DNA of 64,000 nt, from assembly GCA_033763315.1 (NCBI GenBank), contig JANRKS010000008.1, positions 96,001 to 160,000 on the forward strand. Reading direction: 5' to 3'. The stretch is from Deltaproteobacteria bacterium. GTDB taxonomy: Bacteria > Myxococcota_A > Polyangia > Fen-1088. Shown piece after piece: positions 1 to 8,116 of the stretch (position 1 is the first letter of the stretch; each line of letters opens with the position of its first letter). The notes below the pieces were generated by a model that worked only from the letters and a program-made list of their open reading frames with translations, was not told the DNA's origin and did no database searches. A program made the translations under genes and the position numbers.

Positions 1-345
1 GCCCGGCTCACCTTCCCAGATCAACGCAGGCTTGTTACCGCGCGTGCCGAGGTGGCGATCCAAACAGTTCACCGATACGTTGATCTGGCCGTCTTCGAAC
101 CAACGCGTGTTGGGCATTTGGCCCGTGACCGCTTTGGTGAAGGGTTTTTGCCACGTCAATTCCGCGCGCGCCGTCTCGGACCAGAACCCTTCCGGATCTT
201 TGATCGAACGCTCGTACATGTTCTGGTACTGCGCTTGGTCGCCGATGAGCGCCTTTGCTACAAATTCCGCGGGGGGCGGGAACAACCGGTGTTCGTGCGA
301 CGCAGACTCGATGGACCCAGATTCGTTTTTCCCAGACTCGCTCAT
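1..345 (-). CDS. acs: Acetyl-CoA synthetase, N-terminal part (runs off window edge)
   Basis: Absent from the ORF track because it has no stop in the window. Manual translation from ATG at 345 gives MSESGKNESGSIESASHEHRLFPPPAEF...YQNMYERSIKDPEGFW...WFEDGQINVSVNCLDRHL...KPALIWEGEPG, the typical Acs N-terminus. An AGGAG RBS lies upstream. Confidence 0.93.
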   Translation of the reverse strand, partial: MSESGKNESGSIESASHEHRLFPPPAEFVAKALIGDQAQYQNMYERSIKDPEGFWSETARAELTWQKPFTKAVTGQMPNTRWFEDGQINVSVNCLDRHLGTRGNKPALIWEGEPG

Positions 346-357
346 AACGTTGTCTCC

Positions 358-663
358 TTAAATAGTCGGCTTCACGGCAAACGGCTGTGGGGCGCCTTCC
401 GCGGGGCCCCAGGTGGCATCCACGCGAACAACGTGCGCGGTTCGAGGTCCCTGGCGCAAAAACGCGAGGAACTCATTGAGAATGTTTGGGTGGCCTTCGG
501 CAACCACCTCCACGGTGCCTTCATGGCGGTTGCGCACCCAACCGGCCAACTTCAGCCGCAGCGCTTGCTCATGCGTCGTGGCGCGAAAGCCGACGTTCTG
601 TACGCGGCCCACAACCACCGCGTGTAAACGTTGTACTTCCGGCACGGCAGACGCCGCTGTCAC
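358..663 (-). CDS. acyP: Acylphosphatase
   Basis: Motifs VVGRVQNVGFR, GWVRN and GTVEVVAEG. The GTG at 663 overlaps the upstream stop (GTGA), giving about 101 aa. Confidence 0.9.
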   Translation of the reverse strand: MTAASAVPEVQRLHAVVVGRVQNVGFRATTHEQALRLKLAGWVRNRHEGTVEVVAEGHPNILNEFLAFLRQGPRTAHVVRVDATWGPAEGAPQPFAVKPTI

Positions 664-2123
664 GGCTGAACCTCGATTGTGCAGGTCTTCGCTTGCACCG
701 AAGTGGGGAACAACACGCCGTTGCTGGCCTCCGCTTGCCGGCCATCGGCGCGCAGCCAATGCAGTTTCACGCCGCCCTCAGGTGGCACCACGCTTGCGAG
801 CGCCACTTGACCGAGCGGTTCGATCAACACGTCGGTCATTCGCCCCGGCGCTGACGATACCGAAACGGGACCTTCGGCGCCCACCGCGAACAGCTGTGTG
901 CCCTCAGCCGTGAGTGCGGCCACCATCACCTGCGCCAACTGCGGAGGCCGCCGGATCGCCGCGCCACTTGGCAAAGGACGCGTGCGTGAAACACCCAACG
1001 TTGTGGGCTCGCCCGCAGGCAATGAATAAGATTTTCCCAACGTAAGCTTCACGCCGTCGCCCACTGACTGCACCGTAAGTGCTTGCACACGCGTGGGACG
1101 TACGCCCAATGATTCGCTGCCGGCGCGTGCGCCTGAGGCCACCCACAAGGTGTCGCCCTCCACCGAGAAACCAAGGTCGATCAACGAAGGCGCGCGCACG
1201 CTCGGGTCCACCACCACGCTGGCCACAACCGGTGCAGCGTCGCTGTTTTGCAAAGACAAAAGCACCACGCGGTTGCCGCGATCTAAGGGCAACGCAAGAA
1301 AGCGGCCGTCCGGGCTCACCGCGGCCACGACGGGCTGCCCCGCCAATGCCTCTGCGATGTCATCCGGCAAAGCCCGCGGGCGGCCGCGCGGGGGGCGCAC
1401 GGCTGATGAGGTTCGCAACACCATGACGTCATGAGCGCGAACGATCGCCAATACGGGCGCACCGGCGGCTGCGGCCAAAGCGAGCACCGGTGTGCCTTCG
1501 AGCTCAAGCGCAAACGCAGACGCGGGGCCCTTTTGCGTGGTCACGTCAAACACCGTTAAGCGACGCGCGGCCGCGTCCACACTGTAAGCGGCGCGTCCGT
1601 CAGAGGAGAACGCAAGCTTCGTCACTGAAGGTGAGCTCGCCACCACGGGCGCTGGCGCCTTGCCCGCCACGGGCATCGCCAGCCATTGCAGGGCGCCGTC
1701 GTTGGTCCATGCGGCCGCGAAACGACGCACGTTCAGTGGCACCTCGGCCACGCCCGCGCGTGTGCGTACTTGCAGCGTTTGCGGGCCCGTGCCCACGCCG
1801 GGCGGCACACGCACCACAATTCCTGCATCGGCCGTGCGGGCTTGGACAAACGCGGGCAAGCCACCGATCAAAACCGTGGGCTGCCGGCCAAAGGCGGTGC
1901 CCTGGATCCACAAGCCCTCGCCCACGACTGCCACGCCATCGCCTGGCAGGCCCGTGATATTGCCGGGCACCATGATGTCGGCGCCCCCCAACTCTTGTAT
2001 AGCCGCGATCGCAGGCTGGCCTTCGGCCTCAGCGAGATCGCGCGTGTTAACGATCTGCCCCGCAGGCAAGTGCGCGCACGACGCGAGGCCCAACCCACAC
2101 AACATCCACAGGCGGCGCTTCAT
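660..2123 (-). CDS. Lipoprotein with IPT/TIG-like domain and beta-propeller-like region
   Basis: Lipobox GLASC. LWIQGTAFGRQPTVLIGG...IVVRVPPGVGTGPQTLQVRT is IPT/TIG-like, and AFSSDGR and AVSPDGR are propeller-blade motifs. Confidence 0.65.
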   Translation of the reverse strand: MKRRLWMLCGLGLASCAHLPAGQIVNTRDLAEAEGQPAIAAIQELGGADIMVPGNITGLPGDGVAVVGEGLWIQGTAFGRQPTVLIGGLPAFVQARTADAGIVVRVPPGVGTGPQTLQVRTRAGVAEVPLNVRRFAAAWTNDGALQWLAMPVAGKAPAPVVASSPSVTKLAFSSDGRAAYSVDAAARRLTVFDVTTQKGPASAFALELEGTPVLALAAAAGAPVLAIVRAHDVMVLRTSSAVRPPRGRPRALPDDIAEALAGQPVVAAVSPDGRFLALPLDRGNRVVLLSLQNSDAAPVVASVVVDPSVRAPSLIDLGFSVEGDTLWVASGARAGSESLGVRPTRVQALTVQSVGDGVKLTLGKSYSLPAGEPTTLGVSRTRPLPSGAAIRRPPQLAQVMVAALTAEGTQLFAVGAEGPVSVSSAPGRMTDVLIEPLGQVALASVVPPEGGVKLHWLRADGRQAEASNGVLFPTSVQAKTCTIEVQP

Positions 2124-2362
2124 GCGGCTCCTTCCGTCACCCGGATGCTGACCAAGTTGTTGGGCACCAAAGGCAACTCGGCGAAGCGGGCGATCACCCG
2201 CAGCGTTTGATCAAACAACTCAACGCTTGAAAGCACCGCATAGTGCACGGGGCCTTGCGCGGGCTCAACCCCCGACAGATACCCCACCAACCGCACGCCG
2301 GTGTCGTATTCGAAGGTGACACGGTGGCTAACCATGTCGCGCAGTTGTCGGTAATCGGGCAT
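2120..2362 (-). CDS. Small hypothetical protein, possible Sm/LSm-like fold
   Basis: 80-aa ORF with an ATGA overlap to the next gene. An N-terminal helix followed by a beta pattern resembles the Sm1/Sm2 motifs. Confidence 0.6.
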   Translation of the reverse strand: MPDYRQLRDMVSHRVTFEYDTGVRLVGYLSGVEPAQGPVHYAVLSSVELFDQTLRVIARFAELPLVPNNLVSIRVTEGAA

Positions 2363-2442
2363 GCCGGAAAGGGGCGACTTTAACCCACGGGGTCACGCTG
2401 GCAAACCGCCATTTCGCGTAACCCTACGTGCGTTGCCTGGTG

Positions 2443-3132
2443 TTAAGGGTGACCCGCGGGGAGGCCGCCATGGGGGTTACCGCCACCGTGGGGAGGCATG
2501 CCGCCCGGACCACCGGGAGCGCCCAAGACCTTGTCTTCCGTTTGCAACGTCTCAAGCGGCAAAGTCACGTCCTTAGAACCCACCTTGACGCCTTGAACCT
2601 CACCGAACACGTCGCCCTTGCGACGGGTCATCGGATCGCCGTCTTTATCCAAGCGAATGGAAAGGTTCACCTCGCCATCGAATTTCATGCCCGGAATCAT
2701 GGCGTCGCGGCTGCTCACGGCAAACGGCATCGGGAAATCTTCCACCATCAACTTCTGCACCGCCAGCATGGATCCCGGTCCGGGAGGGCCACCCGCGCGG
2801 CGGGCGATGAGGAACATCACGTCGCCCTTTTTCACGTCCTTTTTGCGCGCTTTGGCCACCACGATGGTTCCCGTGATGGAATCTTCCGCTTTGGCCTCTT
2901 CGGGCACGGCCTCGGCGGCCGCCACCTCGGCGTCGGGCGGGGCGGCTGGCGGCGCCGGGGCTTTCATCTCCGCTGGGGCTGGAGGAAGAGCCGCCGGCTT
3001 GTCCGCGGGGGCCTCTGATTTACAGGCCCCGAGGGTCAAACCAACCGCAAGGGTCAAACCAACCGAGAGGGGCAAACCAACCGAGAGGGGCAACCGACTG
3101 ACGGCAAACGACAACATCGAAGAAGCGCGCAT
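2443..3132 (-). CDS. Lipoprotein with CcmI/CycH C-terminal Ig-like domain
   Basis: Lipobox LGAC and a Pro/Ala linker, then GDVMFLIARR...LAVQKL...FPMPFAVSSRDAMIPG...SIRLDKDGD, which resembles the CcmI C-terminal domain. The tail is Gly/Pro/His-rich. Confidence 0.65.
   Translation of the reverse strand: MRASSMLSFAVSRLPLSVGLPLSVGLTLAVGLTLGACKSEAPADKPAALPPAPAEMKAPAPPAAPPDAEVAAAEAVPEEAKAEDSITGTIVVAKARKKDVKKGDVMFLIARRAGGPPGPGSMLAVQKLMVEDFPMPFAVSSRDAMIPGMKFDGEVNLSIRLDKDGDPMTRRKGDVFGEVQGVKVGSKDVTLPLETLQTEDKVLGAPGGPGGMPPHGGGNPHGGLPAGHP
3031..3095. repeat. About 3.5 copies of an 18-bp tandem repeat in a signal-peptide coding region
   Basis: Units gagggtcaaaccaaccgc / aagggtcaaaccaaccga / gaggggcaaaccaaccga / gaggggcaacc. 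On the minus strand they encode LPLSVG-LPLSVG-LTLAVG-LTL. Confidence 0.8.
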
Positions 3133-3221
3133 AACGGCAAACTACAGCAGTCGCCTGCCTTTGTCAGTGACATAGCGGGGCCCGTAACGGCAGCGCCGCC
3201 TGCTATACCCCACGCCGAATT

Positions 3222-3941
3222 ATGTCGTCAGGCCCCATCCGCGCCCGCCTTTCATCTATGGTCAAGGTTTCCCGCGACGTCACCGACCTTCGCTTCGCCT
3301 TGGAAACGCCCCCAGTTTTGGACTTCAAACCAGGGCAATTCGTCACGTTCGCGGTGGGCAAAGACGACAAGAATCAGCCGATCCGCCGCAGCTATTCGTT
3401 GGCGGGCCTGGCCACCCGCGGCCACGAGCTGCGCATGCTGGTCAAGCTGCTGCCCGATGGCGCCGCCGGTGAGTTCTTCGCTAGCTTGGCGGCGGACACC
3501 GTGGTGGAGATGACGGGCCCGCACGGCTTCTTTGTGCTTGATGCCGTGCACGAGGGCGACGTGGTGCTGGCGGCCACCGGCACGGGCTTAGCGCCGATCT
3601 TGCCCATGCTGCACGACCTGGCCCAGCGCCAGGAGGTAGGACATCGCTACGTCTACTGGGGTTTGCGCGGCGAGGACGACCTATTTTTGTACGACGAGCT
3701 GCTGGCGCTGTGCGAAGCCGCACAAGCGGAGCTGTTCGTGTTTTTGTCGCAAGGCTCGGACGCGTGGACCGGCTTGCGCGGCCGCATCACCATCCCGATT
3801 CTGGAGCGGCTGCCCCTCCTCAAAGAGCCCACCTTCTATATGGTGGGCAACGGCGCCATGATCCGCGAGCTGAAGCAGGAGCTGATGGACCGCGGAATCA
3901 ACCGCAAGAAGCAGATCCGCACAGAAGCCTTCTTCGATTAG
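3222..3941 (+). CDS. FAD/NAD(P)-binding oxidoreductase (ferredoxin-NADP reductase-like)
   Basis: Motifs FKPGQF, RRSYSL, GPHGFF, ATGTGLAP and a C-terminal EAFF. Confidence 0.88.
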   Translation: MSSGPIRARLSSMVKVSRDVTDLRFALETPPVLDFKPGQFVTFAVGKDDKNQPIRRSYSLAGLATRGHELRMLVKLLPDGAAGEFFASLAADTVVEMTGPHGFFVLDAVHEGDVVLAATGTGLAPILPMLHDLAQRQEVGHRYVYWGLRGEDDLFLYDELLALCEAAQAELFVFLSQGSDAWTGLRGRITIPILERLPLLKEPTFYMVGNGAMIRELKQELMDRGINRKKQIRTEAFFD

Positions 3942-3960
3942 GCTTACAATCCCCTGGCGT

Positions 3961-5259
3961 ATGGGTAAGCCCGTTTGCTCGCCAGGCCGTCGTTGCCAAG
4001 CCCTTGTGATTGCACAAGTGGCAATGGCGTTTGCGGGGTGTGAGCCAGGTGCGCCGCAGCCTGAGTTGGAAGCGATCGAGCCCCAGCAGGGATACACAGA
4101 TCAAGTGACACCTGTGAAACTGCGCGGCCGCAATTTTATCCCGGCCTACGTGTTCGACCTTGAGCAGGATCTACAGTTTGCCCGCACTCAAGGCTTCTCT
4201 GGCGTGGTCGGCAACGCCACCACCACCGCGTCACTGCGAAACGTCGTGTGGCGTTCGGCTTCATTATTGGAGGCCACGCTCGATAAGGGCTTGGCCGGTC
4301 CGGCCACGGCGTACACGGTGAATCTGCAGGATCCGCGGGGGCAAACCGCGGTCTTGCCCAATGGCTTTGTGTCATTGGGGCCAGACACGGTGGCACCTGA
4401 AATCATCGTCAACACGCCAGGCAACCGTCCTGTAGCGCCCGGCAACACGGTACGCGTGGATTTCACCGCGCGAGATCTTGGGCCGGGCAGCCTGGCCGCC
4501 GTGATCTACAACGTGGCCAATGGTGGCAAGGTCTTGGCGAACGGCAGCTGCGCGTTGGCACCCGCGGGCGGGCCCACCGGTTGCGCCTTCGACGCCTCGG
4601 TACCGCCCACGGCGATGCTCAATGACCTATTCACGATCACGTTGACCGCCATTGATGCCTCAGCGCAAGCGAACAGCCGTGTGGTGACGTTGCCCTTCGT
4701 GCTGACCGCAAACCCCGTGTTGCAGCAGATCTCGCCGCAGCAAGGCAGCACCGCAGGCGGCACGGACGTGGTGGTGCGGGGCGCGTTCCTGCCACCCGAC
4801 GCTCAAGTGTTCGTGGGCGGCAAACCGCTGCTTCCTGACGGCGGCACGTGGCTCGATTCGTCGACCATCGTTGGCCGCACGCCACCAGGTGTCGTGGGAC
4901 GCGCTGGTGTGGAAATTCGGGCGCTCACGGGTAAATCACAGCTGTTGCCTTCGCAAGATTTCGCATACATCGACCAACTCAAGATCAGCGATGTGAGTCC
5001 CGCGCAATCACCCTCTGCCGGCGGGGCCCTGGTGACGATCACAGGCCAAGGCATCACACCGTTGACCGTCATCATTTTTGGCGATCGGCCAACAACTGGC
5101 TCGCCCCTTCTGCAACCCCAACCCAAGGGACTTAACACGATCGTGGGCGTGGCACCGCCCGGCGTGGGAAGCACTTTGGTGTGGGCGGTGGATCCGGTGC
5201 TGGGCAAGGCCCGCTGGAGCGGCACATTCACGTGGGTGAACGCCGGGGGGTCACCGTGA
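3961..5259 (+). CDS. IPT/TIG repeat lipoprotein
   Basis: Lipobox FAGC and IPT repeats (ISPQQGSTAGGTDVVVRG, VSPAQSPSAGGALVTITGQG). The exact start is uncertain. Confidence 0.75.
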   Translation: MGKPVCSPGRRCQALVIAQVAMAFAGCEPGAPQPELEAIEPQQGYTDQVTPVKLRGRNFIPAYVFDLEQDLQFARTQGFSGVVGNATTTASLRNVVWRSASLLEATLDKGLAGPATAYTVNLQDPRGQTAVLPNGFVSLGPDTVAPEIIVNTPGNRPVAPGNTVRVDFTARDLGPGSLAAVIYNVANGGKVLANGSCALAPAGGPTGCAFDASVPPTAMLNDLFTITLTAIDASAQANSRVVTLPFVLTANPVLQQISPQQGSTAGGTDVVVRGAFLPPDAQVFVGGKPLLPDGGTWLDSSTIVGRTPPGVVGRAGVEIRALTGKSQLLPSQDFAYIDQLKISDVSPAQSPSAGGALVTITGQGITPLTVIIFGDRPTTGSPLLQPQPKGLNTIVGVAPPGVGSTLVWAVDPVLGKARWSGTFTWVNAGGSP

Positions 5260-7169
5260 AGCTGCAGGGCAAGTTCATCATCCTTGCCGTTGGCGTGTGC
5301 ACAATTCCCGTCGCGATCGCCGGCTATTTTGCGGCACGCATCGGCCAAGCCGCCATCCGTGATTCAATCGAAGCGCAAGAACAAGCGGTGGCCATTCAAG
5401 TGGCTGAATATGTGGCCGGCGAACTGGCGCAAATCGAAGAGTTGTTGCGGGTGCAATCGCGCGTTGTGGATCTGACACACCGGGGAACCGAGCCGCCGTC
5501 CGCACAACGCCTGCAGAAATTCTTGCAGTTCATCTACCATCAAAAAGAAGTGTTCAGCGTCGTGGGCGTTTACACGATGGATGGCACACCGCTGGCGCCG
5601 CCCGCATACCAAGAACGGCCACGCGCCAACGAAGCGCTTGGGCAGCACGACGCCATGACGGCCGACGACGCGGCACAGGTGCCCAAGCGCGCACCTATGC
5701 TTGAAGTGCAGAAGGAGCGCGTGTCCACAAGCGAAGTGTTTCTGGCGGGCCCGCAAGGCCACCCGCAAATGATTTTGGCGCTGCCGTTTGAGACCTTGCC
5801 CGATGAACCACCGCAAGCCATCTTGGCGCAGATCTCGTTGCGGCCGATGGCGCGTTATCTGCGCAACATGGAAGGCGAAGACCGAACATTGATGTTGTTG
5901 GATCGAGCGTCCCGCGTTGTTGCCACGTCAACATCCGACGAGCAGCCGCGCTTGCGCGCCAAGATCATTCCCAACGGTTTGCCCGGCACCTTGCCCGACA
6001 ACCCGTTCGTCGCGGCATTCCGCTCCGACGGCGGCAAACGCGTGGTTGGCGCGTTCGCCCCAGCGGCGCCATACCATCTGGGCATCAGCAGCGAACGGCC
6101 CTTGTCGCAAGCGCTTGAGCCTGTGAGCCGCATGGGTTTTGCGACCTTGTATTGGGTTTCGATCTCAGGCTTTCTCGCGGCGCTGGTGGCTGCCTGGTTG
6201 GGGCGCAACCTATCCCGCCGCATCACCGACCTTGCCGATGCCGCACGCAACGTTTCGCAGGGCCGTCTCGACACACAGCTGCAGGTGCGCACCCGCGACG
6301 AATTGGGCGACTTGGCAAAAGCGTTCAACGCCATGACCACGTCGTTGGACGCGGCCAGGCAAGAAATCTTGCGGCAAACGCGAGAGATCAAAAACTGGAA
6401 CCGCAACCTTGAACGTCGGGTGGACGAAAAAACCGAACAGCTGCAGCAAGCGCAAGATTTGTTGCTGCGGTCGCGATCGCTGGCTGCCATTGGTGTATTG
6501 GGCTCTGGCGTGGCGCACGAGATCAACAACCCTTTGGCGGGTGTTTTGGGTCTGTCGCAATTGGTGCTGGCGGATATGACGGATGATCACCCTTGGCGCC
6601 CGATGATTAAAGACATCGAAGATCAGGCGCTCCGCATTCGGCACATCGTCTCGAACCTTTTGCGGCTGTCGCAGCGCCAGGTGGGCGAGGATTTCCACGC
6701 CGTGGATCTAGCGCACGTTGTGGATGACGCCCTCGAACTTTCGAGCGCCTCTGGCTTGGCGGAAGCGCACATCCGCGTGGACAAACGCATCGTGAGCCCC
6801 AGCCCGCCAATCCGCGGCAGCGCGTTTCAATTGCAAGCCGCGATCATTCACATCATCAAGAATGCATGCACTGCCATGGAGGAACGTGGGGGCGTGTTGA
6901 CGCTTGAAACGTCCTTACCGGCGGCCAAACTCTTGCAACTTCGCATCTCTGATACCGGCCAGGGCATCGCGCCTGAGAATCTGTCGCGCATTTTCGACCC
7001 GTTCTTCACCACGAAAAAACGCTGGGACGAAACCGGCATGGGGCTGGCGGTGGTGCACAAGATCATTGAGGACCATGGTGGCCAAATCCGCGCGGAAAGC
7101 CAACTGGGACAGGGCACAAGCTTCTTCTTAACGTTCCCGCTCGACGTGGGCGACAAGGTGCTGCAGTAG
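5256..7169 (+). CDS. Membrane sensor histidine kinase (periplasmic Cache-like domain, HAMP, HisKA, HATPase)
   Basis: The GTG start overlaps the upstream TGA. Two TM segments, HAMP (RTRDELGDLAKAFNAM), H-box GVAHEINNPL, DTGQGI, IFDPFFTTK and GMGLAVV. Confidence 0.92.
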   Translation: MKLQGKFIILAVGVCTIPVAIAGYFAARIGQAAIRDSIEAQEQAVAIQVAEYVAGELAQIEELLRVQSRVVDLTHRGTEPPSAQRLQKFLQFIYHQKEVFSVVGVYTMDGTPLAPPAYQERPRANEALGQHDAMTADDAAQVPKRAPMLEVQKERVSTSEVFLAGPQGHPQMILALPFETLPDEPPQAILAQISLRPMARYLRNMEGEDRTLMLLDRASRVVATSTSDEQPRLRAKIIPNGLPGTLPDNPFVAAFRSDGGKRVVGAFAPAAPYHLGISSERPLSQALEPVSRMGFATLYWVSISGFLAALVAAWLGRNLSRRITDLADAARNVSQGRLDTQLQVRTRDELGDLAKAFNAMTTSLDAARQEILRQTREIKNWNRNLERRVDEKTEQLQQAQDLLLRSRSLAAIGVLGSGVAHEINNPLAGVLGLSQLVLADMTDDHPWRPMIKDIEDQALRIRHIVSNLLRLSQRQVGEDFHAVDLAHVVDDALELSSASGLAEAHIRVDKRIVSPSPPIRGSAFQLQAAIIHIIKNACTAMEERGGVLTLETSLPAAKLLQLRISDTGQGIAPENLSRIFDPFFTTKKRWDETGMGLAVVHKIIEDHGGQIRAESQLGQGTSFFLTFPLDVGDKVLQ

Positions 7170-7171
7170 CC

Positions 7172-8116
7172 ATGGCAAGCCGCAAGCTGCGTAAAGGTTT
7201 GATGCTTGTGGCCGGCGCCGCCGTGGTGGGCGTTGTGTTGGTTGTGGCAGGCATCGTGTCGCGGCAGTTGTTCGAGCAGCCAAGAAAAACCAGCGGGCTC
7301 GTGGCGCCACGGCCGCGAAGCCTCGCCAAGCCACGCACAGACGACGATCGCTTTCGTGTTGCCGGTGTGCAGGGCACCGTTGAATTCTTGCAAGATCAAA
7401 AGCTTTACGTGCTGCAAGCCGGAGATCTGTTGTCGCTGTCAGACGTGATTCGCACCGGGCCAGGGGCACGTGTTTTGTTGCGCCGCAAAGGCAGCGAGCT
7501 TGAGGTGCGTGAGAACCTTGAGATTCAGCTGCAGTCCATCGCCGACAAACAAGCCGAATTCAGCATCCTGCGTGGCAGCGGCGATATGACAGCCACCGTA
7601 GAAGACAGCGAAGCCATCGTAAAGATTCGCTCGGATCAAACGCAGGCCACAAACCAAGGACCTTCGCGCTGGGTGGTGGCGCGCACAGAGGCGGGGCAAG
7701 TGGCGGTGGCCGTGAGCGCGGGCAGTGTTGAATTTGCAGGGCGCGGGCGCAGCGTGACGGTCAAAGCCGGAAGCGAAAGCGTGGCGCGCGCCAATGGAGC
7801 GCCCACCGATCCCGTGCAAACGCCTGAAGACCTGCTGTTGGACGTGGTGTGGCCAGAGACGACGGAAACGCTGCACACCACGAAGGTCGAAGGCAAGGCG
7901 GGCGCAACCACAAAGGTATTGATCAACGGCAAACGTGTCTTGGTGGACGCGGACGGGCGGTTTTCAGCCGACCTACCTTTGCAGGTGGGCCGCAACGCGG
8001 TGGACGTGGAAGCTCGCGATCTACAAGGCCGCACCAAGAAGGTGTCACAAACGATCACGCGCACACCGAAAGCCCCCGCGCTCGAATCTGCGAAAGAGGA
8101 TCTCTGGGCGCCATGA
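7172..8116 (+). CDS. Membrane-anchored FecR-like domain protein with C-terminal Ig-like domain
   Basis: N-terminal TM. LQAGDLLSLSDVIRTGPGARV and VAVSAGSVEF are FecR-like, and VLINGKRVLVDADGRFSADLPLQVGRNAVDVEARD is Ig-like. Confidence 0.72.
   Translation: MASRKLRKGLMLVAGAAVVGVVLVVAGIVSRQLFEQPRKTSGLVAPRPRSLAKPRTDDDRFRVAGVQGTVEFLQDQKLYVLQAGDLLSLSDVIRTGPGARVLLRRKGSELEVRENLEIQLQSIADKQAEFSILRGSGDMTATVEDSEAIVKIRSDQTQATNQGPSRWVVARTEAGQVAVAVSAGSVEFAGRGRSVTVKAGSESVARANGAPTDPVQTPEDLLLDVVWPETTETLHTTKVEGKAGATTKVLINGKRVLVDADGRFSADLPLQVGRNAVDVEARDLQGRTKKVSQTITRTPKAPALESAKEDLWAP

Noticed and set aside
7849-8112. N-terminal extension of the 686-aa ORF
   Set aside because: It overlaps the FecR-like gene. The ATG at 8113 gives a signal peptide and an ATGA coupling.
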